The notes beneath the pieces are model-generated. The model worked only from the letters and a program-made list of their open reading frames with translations. It did not search any database and was not told where the DNA came from. This document shows, piece by piece, positions 1 through 7,953 of a stretch of 32,000 nt of DNA (position 1 is the stretch's first letter; each line of letters starts with the position of its first letter). Both the position numbers and the translations under genes were made by a program. The stretch is from an uncultured bacterium (lineage in GTDB: Bacteria > Auribacterota > JACPWU01): positions 314,189-346,188 of the forward strand of contig CAZXEQ010000003.1 in NCBI GenBank assembly GCA_964640155.1, read 5' to 3'.

Positions 1-1
1 G

Positions 2-907
2 AATCGAAAGCTTTTAGAAAGCTTAATTAAATGTGGTGCTTTTGATTCTTTTAAAGTGAAAAGAAGCCAATTAATGGCCGTTTTAGATCAAGCTTTAGAG
101 TCTTCATCAAGAGTAAAACAAGATCAAATGCGAGGACAAGCCTCCCTTTTTGATGTGTTAGGGACAGAACATGCGAATCAACATCGGAGCATTATTTTAC
201 CGGACATTGCAGAATGGGATGAAGAAAAAATCCTTTCATTTGAAAAAGAACTTTTGGGTTTTTATGTAACAGGACATCCTTTGAACCGTCATCAAGAAAT
301 TTTAAAGTTTTATACAGCAGATAGTACAGAAACCCTTTTGGAGCATAAAGATGGAGATGAAGTTGTTTTGGGGGGAGTTTTAGGAAAAGTTCAGATTAAA
401 ATGACTAAAAAAGGTGATAAAATGGCCATTCTGACTTTCGAAGACTTAGAAGGTATGGTGGAGGCAGTTATTTACCCTAAGATTTTTGAGAAAATATCTG
501 GAAAAGTTAAAGAAGATTTTATTTGTTTTCTTGAAGGAAGACTTGAACTCAAAGAAGATATGGCTAAAATTATTGTAAATGATGTCGTTTCTTTGGAAGA
601 TGCTCCTAAAAAATATTCTAAATCGATTCACATTGATATACCCGAAAAGGCTCAAGCTCAAAAGTTGGATCAGCTTTGTCAGGAGCTTCTTCAAGAGAAA
701 GGAGAATGTCCCGTTTTCTTGAATTTTTCTTTTCCAGATAGAGGCAAAGTGGTGATGTCAACAGCTCCAAAATTTAAAATACATCCGTCTGCTAAAGTTA
801 TTCATCGGTTAAAAGAAATTTTTGGAAATGAAGCAGTTGTTTTAAAAAAAGTAGTTATTCAGCATTCAACACCCCCTAAGCGTTGGGGGAACTTTCAGAA
901 CAATTGA
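2..907 (+). CDS. dnaE: DNA polymerase III alpha subunit, C-terminal fragment (5' end lies upstream of the window)
   Basis: The frame is open from the window edge (NRKLLESLIKCGAFDSF...) to TGA at 905-907. It contains the Pol III alpha C-terminal block EKELLGFYVTGHPL. An OB-fold-like block follows: KKGDKMAILTFEDLEGMVEAVIYPKIFE. The GTG at 56 in the ORF track is internal. Confidence 0.88.
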   Translation, partial: NRKLLESLIKCGAFDSFKVKRSQLMAVLDQALESSSRVKQDQMRGQASLFDVLGTEHANQHRSIILPDIAEWDEEKILSFEKELLGFYVTGHPLNRHQEILKFYTADSTETLLEHKDGDEVVLGGVLGKVQIKMTKKGDKMAILTFEDLEGMVEAVIYPKIFEKISGKVKEDFICFLEGRLELKEDMAKIIVNDVVSLEDAPKKYSKSIHIDIPEKAQAQKLDQLCQELLQEKGECPVFLNFSFPDRGKVVMSTAPKFKIHPSAKVIHRLKEIFGNEAVVLKKVVIQHSTPPKRWGNFQNN

Positions 908-940
908 AGTTCCATGGACAACGGGTCTATGGGAGGCTTC

Positions 941-971
941 CTTGCCGCAATACTGGGCAAGATATTATTTT
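941..971 (+). terminator. Weak candidate intrinsic terminator after dnaE (6-bp stem CTTGCC/GGCAAG, 9-nt loop, then ATATTATTTT)
   Basis: The stem pairs 941-946 with 956-961 and a T-rich tract follows at 962-971. The stem is short, so the call is tentative. It overlaps a 22-codon small ORF (914-982). Confidence 0.3.
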
Positions 972-1001
972 GCAGGCGTTAGCGCGCCAATCCCCGAAGA
1001 G

Positions 1002-1028
1002 TAATCCACAGAGTTATTCTGTGGATTA
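1002..1028 (+). promoter_or_regulatory. Perfect 11-bp stem / 5-nt loop hairpin in the purB 5' leader (TAATCCACAGA-GTTAT-TCTGTGGATTA)
   Basis: The inverted repeat was read directly: 1002-1012 pairs with 1018-1028. No U-run follows, so it is not a canonical terminator. It lies 33 nt upstream of the purB ATG. Confidence 0.4.
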
Positions 1029-1060
1029 TCTCGTAGCGGAACTAAACTTTTAAGGACACT

Positions 1061-2353
1061 ATGATTGAACGATATTCTACATCTGAGATGAAGGCGCATT
1101 GGAGTGAAGAAAAAAAATTAGGCCTCTGGTTAGAAATTGAAGTTTTGGCTGTTGAGGCATTGGTTAAGCTGGGGGAGGTTCCGCAGGCGGATTTTCAAAA
1201 GATTAAAAAAGGCGCACAATTTCAACTTAAGCGTGTTGCGGATATCGAGAAAAGCGTAGACCATGATGTTATTGCTTTCCTTACAAATGTTTCTGAAAAT
1301 ATTGGCCCTTCCGGCCGTTTCATGCATTTTGGAATGACATCATCCGATGTTTTAGATACGTCTCTTGCTGTTTTGATGGGGGGAGCAATCGATATTTTGA
1401 TGGAGGATTTTCTTCAGCTTATTGAAGTGGTGAAAGCCCAAGCGGTAGAGCATAAACATACAGTGATGATTGGGCGGTCTCATGGAGTACATGCAGAGCC
1501 AACAACATTTGGGTTAAAGATGGCGCTTTTTCTTGATGAGCTTTATCGCAATATGGACCGACTTGTGGCTGCAAAAAAAATTATAAGTTATGGGAAAGTT
1601 TCGGGTGCAGTAGGGACTTATGCAAATATTGATCCTCGTGTAGAAGAATATGTCTGTAAAAAATTAAAATTAACTCCAGCACCTGTAAGCAGTCAAATTA
1701 TTCAAAGAGATCGCCATGCTCAGTATATGAATGCTTTAGCTTTGGTTGGATGCTCTCTGGAAAAATTTGCCTTAGAAATACGTAATCTTCAAAGAACGGA
1801 AATTCAGGAAGTGGAAGAGCCTTTTGGTAAAGATCAGAAAGGTTCGTCTGCAATGCCTCATAAGCGTAATCCCATTACTTGTGAGCGGGTGTGTGGTCTT
1901 GCGAGAATTTTGAGAGGCTATGCTTTGGCTACAATGGAGAACGTGGCCTTATGGCATGAAAGAGATATTACACATTCATCAGTTGAACGAGTGGTGATTC
2001 CTGATGCCACCACCTTACTTCATTATATGATTCGCTTGATGATTCGTACTTTTAGGGGACTTGTTGTTTATCCTGAAAACATGAAGCGCAATCTTGAAAT
2101 GACAGGCGGCGTCATTTTTTCTCAGAGGCTCCTTTTAGAATTAATTCGAAAAGGTCTTTCGAGGGAAGAAGCTTATCGTATTGTTCAGCGTAAGGCTCAT
2201 CAGGCTTGGGATAAAAAACAATATTTCAAAGATGTTTTATTAGAGGATAAAGATTTCTTAAAGATCATGAGTACAAAAGAAATTGAGACTTGTTTTAATT
2301 TAAAATATCATCTTAAAAATGTTGATAATACTTTTAAGCGAATGGGACTATAG
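1061..2353 (+). CDS. purB: Adenylosuccinate lyase
   Basis: 430 aa. The N-terminus MIERYSTSEM..HW is typical of PurB. The fumarate-lyase superfamily signature GSSAMPHKRNP is present. An AAGGA Shine-Dalgarno sits at 1052-1056. Confidence 0.93.
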   Translation: MIERYSTSEMKAHWSEEKKLGLWLEIEVLAVEALVKLGEVPQADFQKIKKGAQFQLKRVADIEKSVDHDVIAFLTNVSENIGPSGRFMHFGMTSSDVLDTSLAVLMGGAIDILMEDFLQLIEVVKAQAVEHKHTVMIGRSHGVHAEPTTFGLKMALFLDELYRNMDRLVAAKKIISYGKVSGAVGTYANIDPRVEEYVCKKLKLTPAPVSSQIIQRDRHAQYMNALALVGCSLEKFALEIRNLQRTEIQEVEEPFGKDQKGSSAMPHKRNPITCERVCGLARILRGYALATMENVALWHERDITHSSVERVVIPDATTLLHYMIRLMIRTFRGLVVYPENMKRNLEMTGGVIFSQRLLLELIRKGLSREEAYRIVQRKAHQAWDKKQYFKDVLLEDKDFLKIMSTKEIETCFNLKYHLKNVDNTFKRMGL

Positions 2354-2431
2354 GTGGTTAGTGTATGGGGATAGGGATTTTTAAAACAAACACAACCTGT
2401 TAATTTTCTATAAAGAGAAGGCTTTCAGTTG

Positions 2432-3802
2432 TTATTTGCCATTTGCTGATTCTTTCTTGAAAGACTTAATTAAGTCAACCGCTTGGTTCATGCTCATGTT
2501 AAAGTCTGAGTGTGGGGCTAGATAGTGTAGGATTAAATTAAAATGGTTTTGTAGACAATAGCTTCGCATCTGATAAACCTGATTTTTAAAGCTAAAATTT
2601 GAATTAATCTCCACGCTTTGCATATTTCCAATGACTGATGTTTTTGCATTTACCTGCTTTATTTGGCTCCCCAGAGCAGAAAGCATACTTCTTATTTCTT
2701 TTTCTAAATCATTGGCAAGTTGAGCGTTTGCTGAAGCCGAAATAGAATTTTCTCCGTTTCTTTGCTGAACAATCACCAGGGGGAAACTTTCTTTCCAAAC
2801 AGGTCCTTTAAAGAGAACAATTCCTTGCAGAATTCTTCCAAAATGTTCTTGGGGTAACTTAAAAGATTCTTCCTTTCCCCATCCCGCAGGAATTTTTATT
2901 GAAAAATGATATTGCGTGTTGAGATAACGGTTTGGCGTACTAGACAGAGGCCTCAAGGGTTCAGATACAGGTTTGACCAAAGTGGTCTTAATAGGAGCTG
3001 TTGTAACTGGCGGGGGAGGAGTAGTAACTTGTTTTTGAGGAAGAGAAGTTTCTGGAGGTGAGGATAAAGGTGGAGTGATACTGGGAGGGGGTGTTTTTTG
3101 AGGGATGGATGCAATTTCTAGTTTTCTTCCTTGCCAACCATCCTTGAACTGATTTTTATCTGTTTGAGGCCAAACTTGTGAGAGCGGAAAGGTTATGTTT
3201 GCATAAGACTTTCCATTGTTATAGACAAGAAACATTTTTTCATTGGGATCTACAATGAAGTATTTTACACAAATGCCACCTTCAGCTTTTTCGCCAGGTA
3301 AAAGATCTCCTTGCCAAGAGTTGACTTCTTTATTTTGACTTCGATCAAGTGCTACTTCGCATTTGCCAATATAGGATTTGATATAAAACAGGCTTCTTCG
3401 AACTGGCAAAGGTTCGGCTGTATTGTTTTGTATGGCGTATCGGATATAAAGAAGGCCAATTTTCCCCGTCACTCCTTCAAGGGATTGAAGAGTTATAGAT
3501 GTATTTTCAGGAGCTGGATCAGCTAGAAATTTTTCTGCAAAAGGAATTTGATTGATATGATCCTGAAGGGTTTGCGTAAGATGAGTAGGAGCAGATTTAA
3601 GAAGTTTCTCATAAGTTATTTTTGCGTCGCCAAAGTGATTGAATTCAAAACTTTGATTAGCTTTTAATAGGGTTTGGTCAAGAAGAAAAGGTTTGAGATG
3701 GAAAAAATAGATATAAGCACCGATACCGGCAAGTACAAGCAAAACAGACAAACCAACAAGCGTAAGACCCGACTCACGATGTGAAATTTTATGATTTCGC
3801 AT
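2432..3802 (-). CDS. Hypothetical membrane-anchored protein: N-terminal TM helix, two globular regions joined by a proline-rich linker
   Basis: 456-aa ORF. Hydrophobic anchor LTLVGLSVLLVLAGIGAYIYFF. Linker PQKTPPPSITPPLSSPPETSLPQKQVTTPPPPVTTAP. The C-terminal part begins YHFSIKIPAGWGKEE, which is DcrB/PsbP-like by eye only. I recognised no family signature with confidence. Confidence 0.6.
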   Translation of the reverse strand: MRNHKISHRESGLTLVGLSVLLVLAGIGAYIYFFHLKPFLLDQTLLKANQSFEFNHFGDAKITYEKLLKSAPTHLTQTLQDHINQIPFAEKFLADPAPENTSITLQSLEGVTGKIGLLYIRYAIQNNTAEPLPVRRSLFYIKSYIGKCEVALDRSQNKEVNSWQGDLLPGEKAEGGICVKYFIVDPNEKMFLVYNNGKSYANITFPLSQVWPQTDKNQFKDGWQGRKLEIASIPQKTPPPSITPPLSSPPETSLPQKQVTTPPPPVTTAPIKTTLVKPVSEPLRPLSSTPNRYLNTQYHFSIKIPAGWGKEESFKLPQEHFGRILQGIVLFKGPVWKESFPLVIVQQRNGENSISASANAQLANDLEKEIRSMLSALGSQIKQVNAKTSVIGNMQSVEINSNFSFKNQVYQMRSYCLQNHFNLILHYLAPHSDFNMSMNQAVDLIKSFKKESANGK

Positions 3803-3870
3803 AGATTCCCTTAATCAGGACAACAGCGTAATTATACAATAAATTTTCTTAATAAGAAGTATTTTAAAGA

Positions 3871-4012
3871 AATTATAAATTACTTTTTAAAGATCGTTGA
3901 TGAGGCTTACGGCCAAGGAGCCCCAGTCTTTACTGGGGCGAGTAAGCCGAATCATCGAGCGAAGTTTCCACGGTGGGGAAACTAAGCGTATCTAAAAAAG
4001 TAATTTATAATT
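3871..4012. repeat. 142-bp element: perfect 18-bp AT-rich terminal inverted repeats flanking a 106-nt GC-rich, highly self-complementary core
   Basis: Left arm 3871-3888 AATTATAAATTACTTTTT is the exact reverse complement of right arm 3995-4012. Core stems: 3899-3910 pairs with 3942-3956 (5+7 bp with a GAA bulge), CCCCAG 3921-3926 pairs with CTGGGG 3933-3938, and there is a hairpin at 3964-3982. The right arm overlaps the rdgB stop codon by 2 nt. Confidence 0.55.
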
Positions 4013-4616
4013 ATATTTTGTTATTAATAATTTTTTCTAAAATAGGTTCTAGCTTTTGTAGGGCGTGAAAACGGTGACTCACTTGATTTTTTTGATCTGG
4101 GGGGGTGTTTCCAAAGGTTTTCTGAAAAGGGGGATAATAAAAAAGAGGATCGTAGCCAAAACCTTCTTTACCATCAGGTTGAAGAACAATATATCCTTCA
4201 CAAGTTCCTTGAGTTGTTTGGATGAAAGAATCAGGAGTTGCAATGGCCATGACACATTGATAGCGGGCTGTACGCTTTTCAAAGGGTGTATTTTTGAGCT
4301 GTTCTAGAAGTTTTATATTGTTTTCTTCATCTGTCGCTTTTTCTCCTGCAAATCGAGCAGAATAAATACCAGGAGCTCCATGCAGAGCATCAACTTCTAT
4401 GCCGGAATCATCCGCTAAACTTATTTTCCGTGACCATTGAGCAATTTGTACAGCTTTCTTGAGTGCATTTTTTTTAAAAGTTTTTCCATCTTCAATTACA
4501 TGAGGAGGATTTTTAAAATCTGCAAGAGAAAGAAATTGAATGGGAAGATGTTGAAATATTTTTCTAATTTCTCTGATCTTATGAGAGTTATGTGTTGCTA
4601 AAAGAATTTCATACAT
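4011..4616 (-). CDS. rdgB: Non-canonical purine NTP pyrophosphatase (RdgB/HAM1 family)
   Basis: Motifs LATHNSHKIREI, ADDSGIEVDALHGAPGIYSARF, GFGYDPLF and SHR. I chose the ATG at 4616 (MYEILLATHN). The longer ORF reaching 4673 would overlap rph and adds a non-conserved basic extension. Confidence 0.88.
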   Translation of the reverse strand: MYEILLATHNSHKIREIRKIFQHLPIQFLSLADFKNPPHVIEDGKTFKKNALKKAVQIAQWSRKISLADDSGIEVDALHGAPGIYSARFAGEKATDEENNIKLLEQLKNTPFEKRTARYQCVMAIATPDSFIQTTQGTCEGYIVLQPDGKEGFGYDPLFYYPPFQKTFGNTPPDQKNQVSHRFHALQKLEPILEKIINNKI

Positions 4617-4626
4617 GTTAAAAAAG

Positions 4627-5346
4627 TTAGGCTTTGGCAAATTTTTTCTGAAGTTGAAAAATCTTTTTCCCACCTAATTTTGCGAGTTGAAGCATTTGAT
4701 GCATTTGTGATTCTGTGAATGGTTCGTGTTCAGCTGTGCCTTGTATTTCAATAAAGCGTCCTTGATTGGTCAGGACAATATTCATATCGACTTCTGCTTT
4801 TGAATCTTCTTCATAGCAAAGATCTAGAAGAGGAGTATTTTGGAAAATTCCTACACTGATGGCTGCCACTTGTTCCTTGACTGGAATTTTTTCAATCTTT
4901 TTTTCTGTTTTAAGTTTTTCTAAAGCCATCATGAGCGCAATAAAACTACCATTAATAGAGGCTGTACGAGTTCCTCCATCAGCTTGAATTACATCACAAT
5001 CCACCCAAAGTGTTCTTTCGCCAAGAGCTTTCATATCGACGACACTACGTAAAGCTCGACCAATAAGACGTTGAATTTCTTGGGTACGCCCTCCCACTTT
5101 TCCAGAAGTAGACTCACGCTGTTTCCTGTCCGAAGATGCATAGGGGAGCATGGAGTATTCCGCTGTGATCCAACCTTGATTTTTTCCTTTAAGCCATCGA
5201 GGAACATCTTCTTGAGCAGAAACTGCACAAATGACGCGTGTATTGCCTGTTTCGATTAAAACAGATCCAGATGCACAAGGAATATAGTTTGGAGTAATTT
5301 TAATAGGTCTTAATTCATTCACTTTTCTTCCATCAAGGCGTTTCAT
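4627..5346 (-). CDS. rph: Ribonuclease PH
   Basis: 239 aa. Motifs RPIKITPNYIPCASGSVLIETGNTRVICAVS, GGRTQEIQRLIGRALR and CDVIQADGGTRTASINGSFIAL. It shows the classic rph-rdgB adjacency. Confidence 0.93.
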   Translation of the reverse strand: MKRLDGRKVNELRPIKITPNYIPCASGSVLIETGNTRVICAVSAQEDVPRWLKGKNQGWITAEYSMLPYASSDRKQRESTSGKVGGRTQEIQRLIGRALRSVVDMKALGERTLWVDCDVIQADGGTRTASINGSFIALMMALEKLKTEKKIEKIPVKEQVAAISVGIFQNTPLLDLCYEEDSKAEVDMNIVLTNQGRFIEIQGTAEHEPFTESQMHQMLQLAKLGGKKIFQLQKKFAKA

Positions 5347-5365
5347 TTTATTTTCCTTTTAAGTG

Positions 5366-5887
5366 TTAAAATTTTGGCAAACTTTGAATAAGATTTTTAA
5401 TGAATGGAAATTCAGAAAAAATACGGTATTCAAGAATTTTAAAAACTAAATGAATGTTTTTGGGAGTATCTTTGCCAAGAAAAATTTGAGAGAGCTCGTG
5501 TCCTGCATCTTTAATTAAAGCTCCTAGACTTTCAGATGACAATTTGCTTTCAAGATAATCATGCAGTTCTTTAAGCTCGTTTTCTTTTAGCCATATTGCA
5601 CGACATTCATGACAAACATGGATTTTAATTTTTGATTGAGGATAGCTAATACAGTGAAAGGGTTGAGCGCATGAAGGACAATTTTCATTGCCTTGAAGGA
5701 TTTCATATTTGTCGCGATGTTTCCATAACTCAAGATTGATTAGGGCAAGAGCGGGATCTTTTTTTGTTTCAATTTCTTCTAATTCTTCTTGAAAAATGAA
5801 CATTCCCTGACAGGAAGGGCATGTTTGAATTTCTAATGTACCGTGTTTTTTACTTTCAAAATCATTATTACATGCTGGGCATTTCAT
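5366..5887 (-). CDS. Double zinc-ribbon protein (two zf-TFIIB-like CxxC..CxxC modules)
   Basis: 173 aa. First module: CPACNN...CPSCQGMFIFQEELEEI. Second module: CPSCAQPF...CHECRAIWLKENELKEL. A strong GGAGGT Shine-Dalgarno lies just upstream. Confidence 0.7.
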   Translation of the reverse strand: MKCPACNNDFESKKHGTLEIQTCPSCQGMFIFQEELEEIETKKDPALALINLELWKHRDKYEILQGNENCPSCAQPFHCISYPQSKIKIHVCHECRAIWLKENELKELHDYLESKLSSESLGALIKDAGHELSQIFLGKDTPKNIHLVFKILEYRIFSEFPFIKNLIQSLPKF

Positions 5888-5891
5888 TTTT

Positions 5892-5897
5892 ACCTCC
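5892..5897 (-). promoter_or_regulatory. Shine-Dalgarno GGAGGT for the zinc-ribbon gene
   Basis: The reverse complement of 5888-5897 is GGAGGTAAAA, immediately before the ATG at 5887-5885. Confidence 0.55.
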
Positions 5898-5947
5898 GCA
5901 ATGTGGCGTATGTTCTATGCTAAATCATGAATTTATTTACAACTATA

Positions 5948-7039
5948 TTATACCATCTTGTTCAAAATTTCGATTCCCTTCAATATTGTTTCATCACTAG
6001 CTGCAAAAGAAATACGAAAATGAGTTTTCTTTTCTGAAAAAACACTTCCAGGAATAATTAAAAGATTCTTCTCAATTGCTTTCTGAACAAATTGATCACC
6101 ATCATCATGGGGGGCTTTAGGAAAAATATAAAAAGCTCCGCTTGGTTTTTGAACTTCAAATTTTTCTTTGAGTCCTTCATAAATAAGATTGCGTTTCTTT
6201 TGATAATTTTGAATATAGCTGGACATATTATAATCCAAGGCTTTTAAAGCGGTTTTTTGAGCAAAAGAAGGGGCGCAAACAAAAGAAAATTGTTGAAGCT
6301 TAGTCATGGCTTGAATAATTTCTTTGGGACCAGCTGCAAAACCTAAACGCCAGCCTGTCATAGCATAAGTTTTTGAAAATCCATCTAAAACCAAAGTTTG
6401 TGATGAGTATTTGCCAATACTTGTAAAAGCATTGTCATAAGAAAAATTAGAATAAATTTCATCTGAGAGAAGCGTGATGTGATGCTGTTTCGCTAAATCA
6501 GCAATTTTTTTAAGTTCGCTTGCAGGAATACTAATTCCCGTTGGATTTGCGGGACTGTTCAGTAAAATAAGTTTTGTTTTCTTTGTTATTTTTTTTTCAA
6601 TAGAAGAAGCTTTCAAAACAAAATCAGGATAAGTATCCACATAAATAGGAGTTGCTCCCATGAGACGGCTGAGATGTTTGTACATGACAAAGTAAGGATC
6701 AGGGATAATCACTTCATCTCCTGGATCAAGCAAAGCCATGAAAGCTAAAAAAATCCCTCCAGATACTCCAGAGGTAATTAAAATATCTTCTGCTTCAACA
6801 TTTCTTTCTTGTTTAAGTTTGAAAAGGATTTTTTCTCTGAGCTCTTGAATTCCTTGGGTCAGAGTATATTGATTAAAACCAGATTTAATAGCAGAAATGG
6901 CTTCATCTTTTAAAAGCTCAGGGATATCAAAATCAGGCAGGCCAATGCTCAAATTGACAGGGTTTTTCATGTGTTTTGCCAGATCAAACACTTTACGAAT
7001 ACCTGATGAATCAATATGCATCATGCGTTGAGCGATCAT
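5948..7039 (-). CDS. PLP-dependent aminotransferase, class I/II (aspartate-aminotransferase-like)
   Basis: 363 aa. Motifs NSPANPTG and the PLP-lysine block FSKTYAMTGWRLGF. The N-terminus SSGIRKVFDLA is typical of the family. The start codon overlaps the murI stop (ATGA at 7036-7039). Confidence 0.87.
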   Translation of the reverse strand: MIAQRMMHIDSSGIRKVFDLAKHMKNPVNLSIGLPDFDIPELLKDEAISAIKSGFNQYTLTQGIQELREKILFKLKQERNVEAEDILITSGVSGGIFLAFMALLDPGDEVIIPDPYFVMYKHLSRLMGATPIYVDTYPDFVLKASSIEKKITKKTKLILLNSPANPTGISIPASELKKIADLAKQHHITLLSDEIYSNFSYDNAFTSIGKYSSQTLVLDGFSKTYAMTGWRLGFAAGPKEIIQAMTKLQQFSFVCAPSFAQKTALKALDYNMSSYIQNYQKKRNLIYEGLKEKFEVQKPSGAFYIFPKAPHDDGDQFVQKAIEKNLLIIPGSVFSEKKTHFRISFAASDETILKGIEILNKMV

Positions 7040-7857
7040 GCAATCACTTTTTCTAAGGTTTCTAGATTTGCTTTCTCTACTTGGGAAATAGTTTGACCTA
7101 AAAATTTTTCGCCTCTTTGTTGAAAATGTTCAGGTTCATCTGTGACATAAAATTGATATTGAACTTTAGAAGAAGGTGACGAATTTTTTTGAGGGGAAGC
7201 TTCTTTTAGAAGTTTTACACAGGCTTGTGCTGTGGATTGAGCTGAATTAATGAGAATAACTTCTGGCCCCATTACTTTCTGAATGATGTCAGCAAGCAAT
7301 GGATAATGGGTGCATCCTAAAATCAGGGTGTCAATATGATGTTCTTTTAATCCAGAAAGATAAGTCTGGGCTATAGAAAATGTTTCTGGATGATGGATCC
7401 AGTTTTCTTCAACTAAGGGGACAAAGAGAGGGCAGGCTTTGGAAAAGATATGCGCTGTGGGATGAAGATGAGAAAACAACTTTTCATAGGCCTGACTTTC
7501 AATCGTAGCACGTGTTCCTATTACACCAATTCTAAAACTTTTAGTCGAAGTGAGTGCTTTTTGAACAGCAGGTTCAATGACTCCCAAAATAGGAACATGA
7601 AAATTTTTTCTGAGTTGGGGAAGGGCGAGGGCGCTAACGGTATTGCAGGCAGCAACAATAAGTTGAACATTTCGTGATAATAAAAATTGAACATCTTCTA
7701 ATGCAAATCTTTCAATAGTATTTTTAGACTTAGTTCCATATGGAACGCGGGCCGTGTCTCCCAGATAAATAATATTTCGATTCGGAAGAAGTTTTTGAAT
7801 TTCAGCTAGAACTGTAAGTCCGCCAATTCCAGAATCAAAAACACCGATAGATTGCAT
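7036..7857 (-). CDS. murI: Glutamate racemase
   Basis: 273 aa. Motif GVFDSGIGGLTVL plus both catalytic-cysteine blocks, VAACNTVSA and LGCTHYPLL. Confidence 0.92.
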   Translation of the reverse strand: MQSIGVFDSGIGGLTVLAEIQKLLPNRNIIYLGDTARVPYGTKSKNTIERFALEDVQFLLSRNVQLIVAACNTVSALALPQLRKNFHVPILGVIEPAVQKALTSTKSFRIGVIGTRATIESQAYEKLFSHLHPTAHIFSKACPLFVPLVEENWIHHPETFSIAQTYLSGLKEHHIDTLILGCTHYPLLADIIQKVMGPEVILINSAQSTAQACVKLLKEASPQKNSSPSSKVQYQFYVTDEPEHFQQRGEKFLGQTISQVEKANLETLEKVIA

Positions 7858-7953
7858 GAATGAATCCTCGCTTTTTTGACAAGCAATTTATCATAAGTAA
7901 GTAGGGATCTGGAAGATTAGTTTTGATAGGAGTCTAAAGTTTCTGAATATTTC

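Noticed and set aside
908-1060. Purine, ZTP or PRPP-type riboswitch upstream of purB
   Set aside because: GGGTCTATGGGAGG and CCGCAATACTGGGCA loosely recall the ZTP (pfl) motif. However, the pseudoknot partners are not complementary and the CCGCCUGGGCA box is interrupted. No purine-riboswitch junction consensus is present either.
3896-3956. Hammerhead-ribozyme-like string: TTGATGAG, a GGCTTAC...GTAAGCC helix, then GAA
   Set aside because: The core would need CUGAUGA (C3) and an A after GAA (A15.1). Here the bases are U and U. In addition GATGA pairs perfectly with TCATC downstream, so the simpler reading is one continuous bulged helix. No cleavage-site triplet or stem I could be placed.
4617-4673. 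Longer rdgB start (ORF track 4011..4673)
   Set aside because: It adds a basic, non-conserved 19-aa extension that overlaps the 3' end of rph by 47 nt. The conserved RdgB N-terminus (MYEILLATHN) begins at the ATG at 4616.
446-7677. Short overlapping ORFs in the housekeeping block (446-694, 1130-1327, 3311-3526, 4065-4307, 4079-4282, 5031-5228, 5071-5259, 7450-7677)
   Set aside because: Each lies wholly inside a confidently identified gene, on the opposite strand or in another frame, and has no family signature.
7868-7900. Plus-strand TTGACA-N17-AAGTAG promoter-like string between murI and the amidase gene
   Set aside because: There is no plus-strand gene downstream, since both neighbours are on the minus strand. 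The -10 is poor, so this is probably chance in AT-rich DNA.
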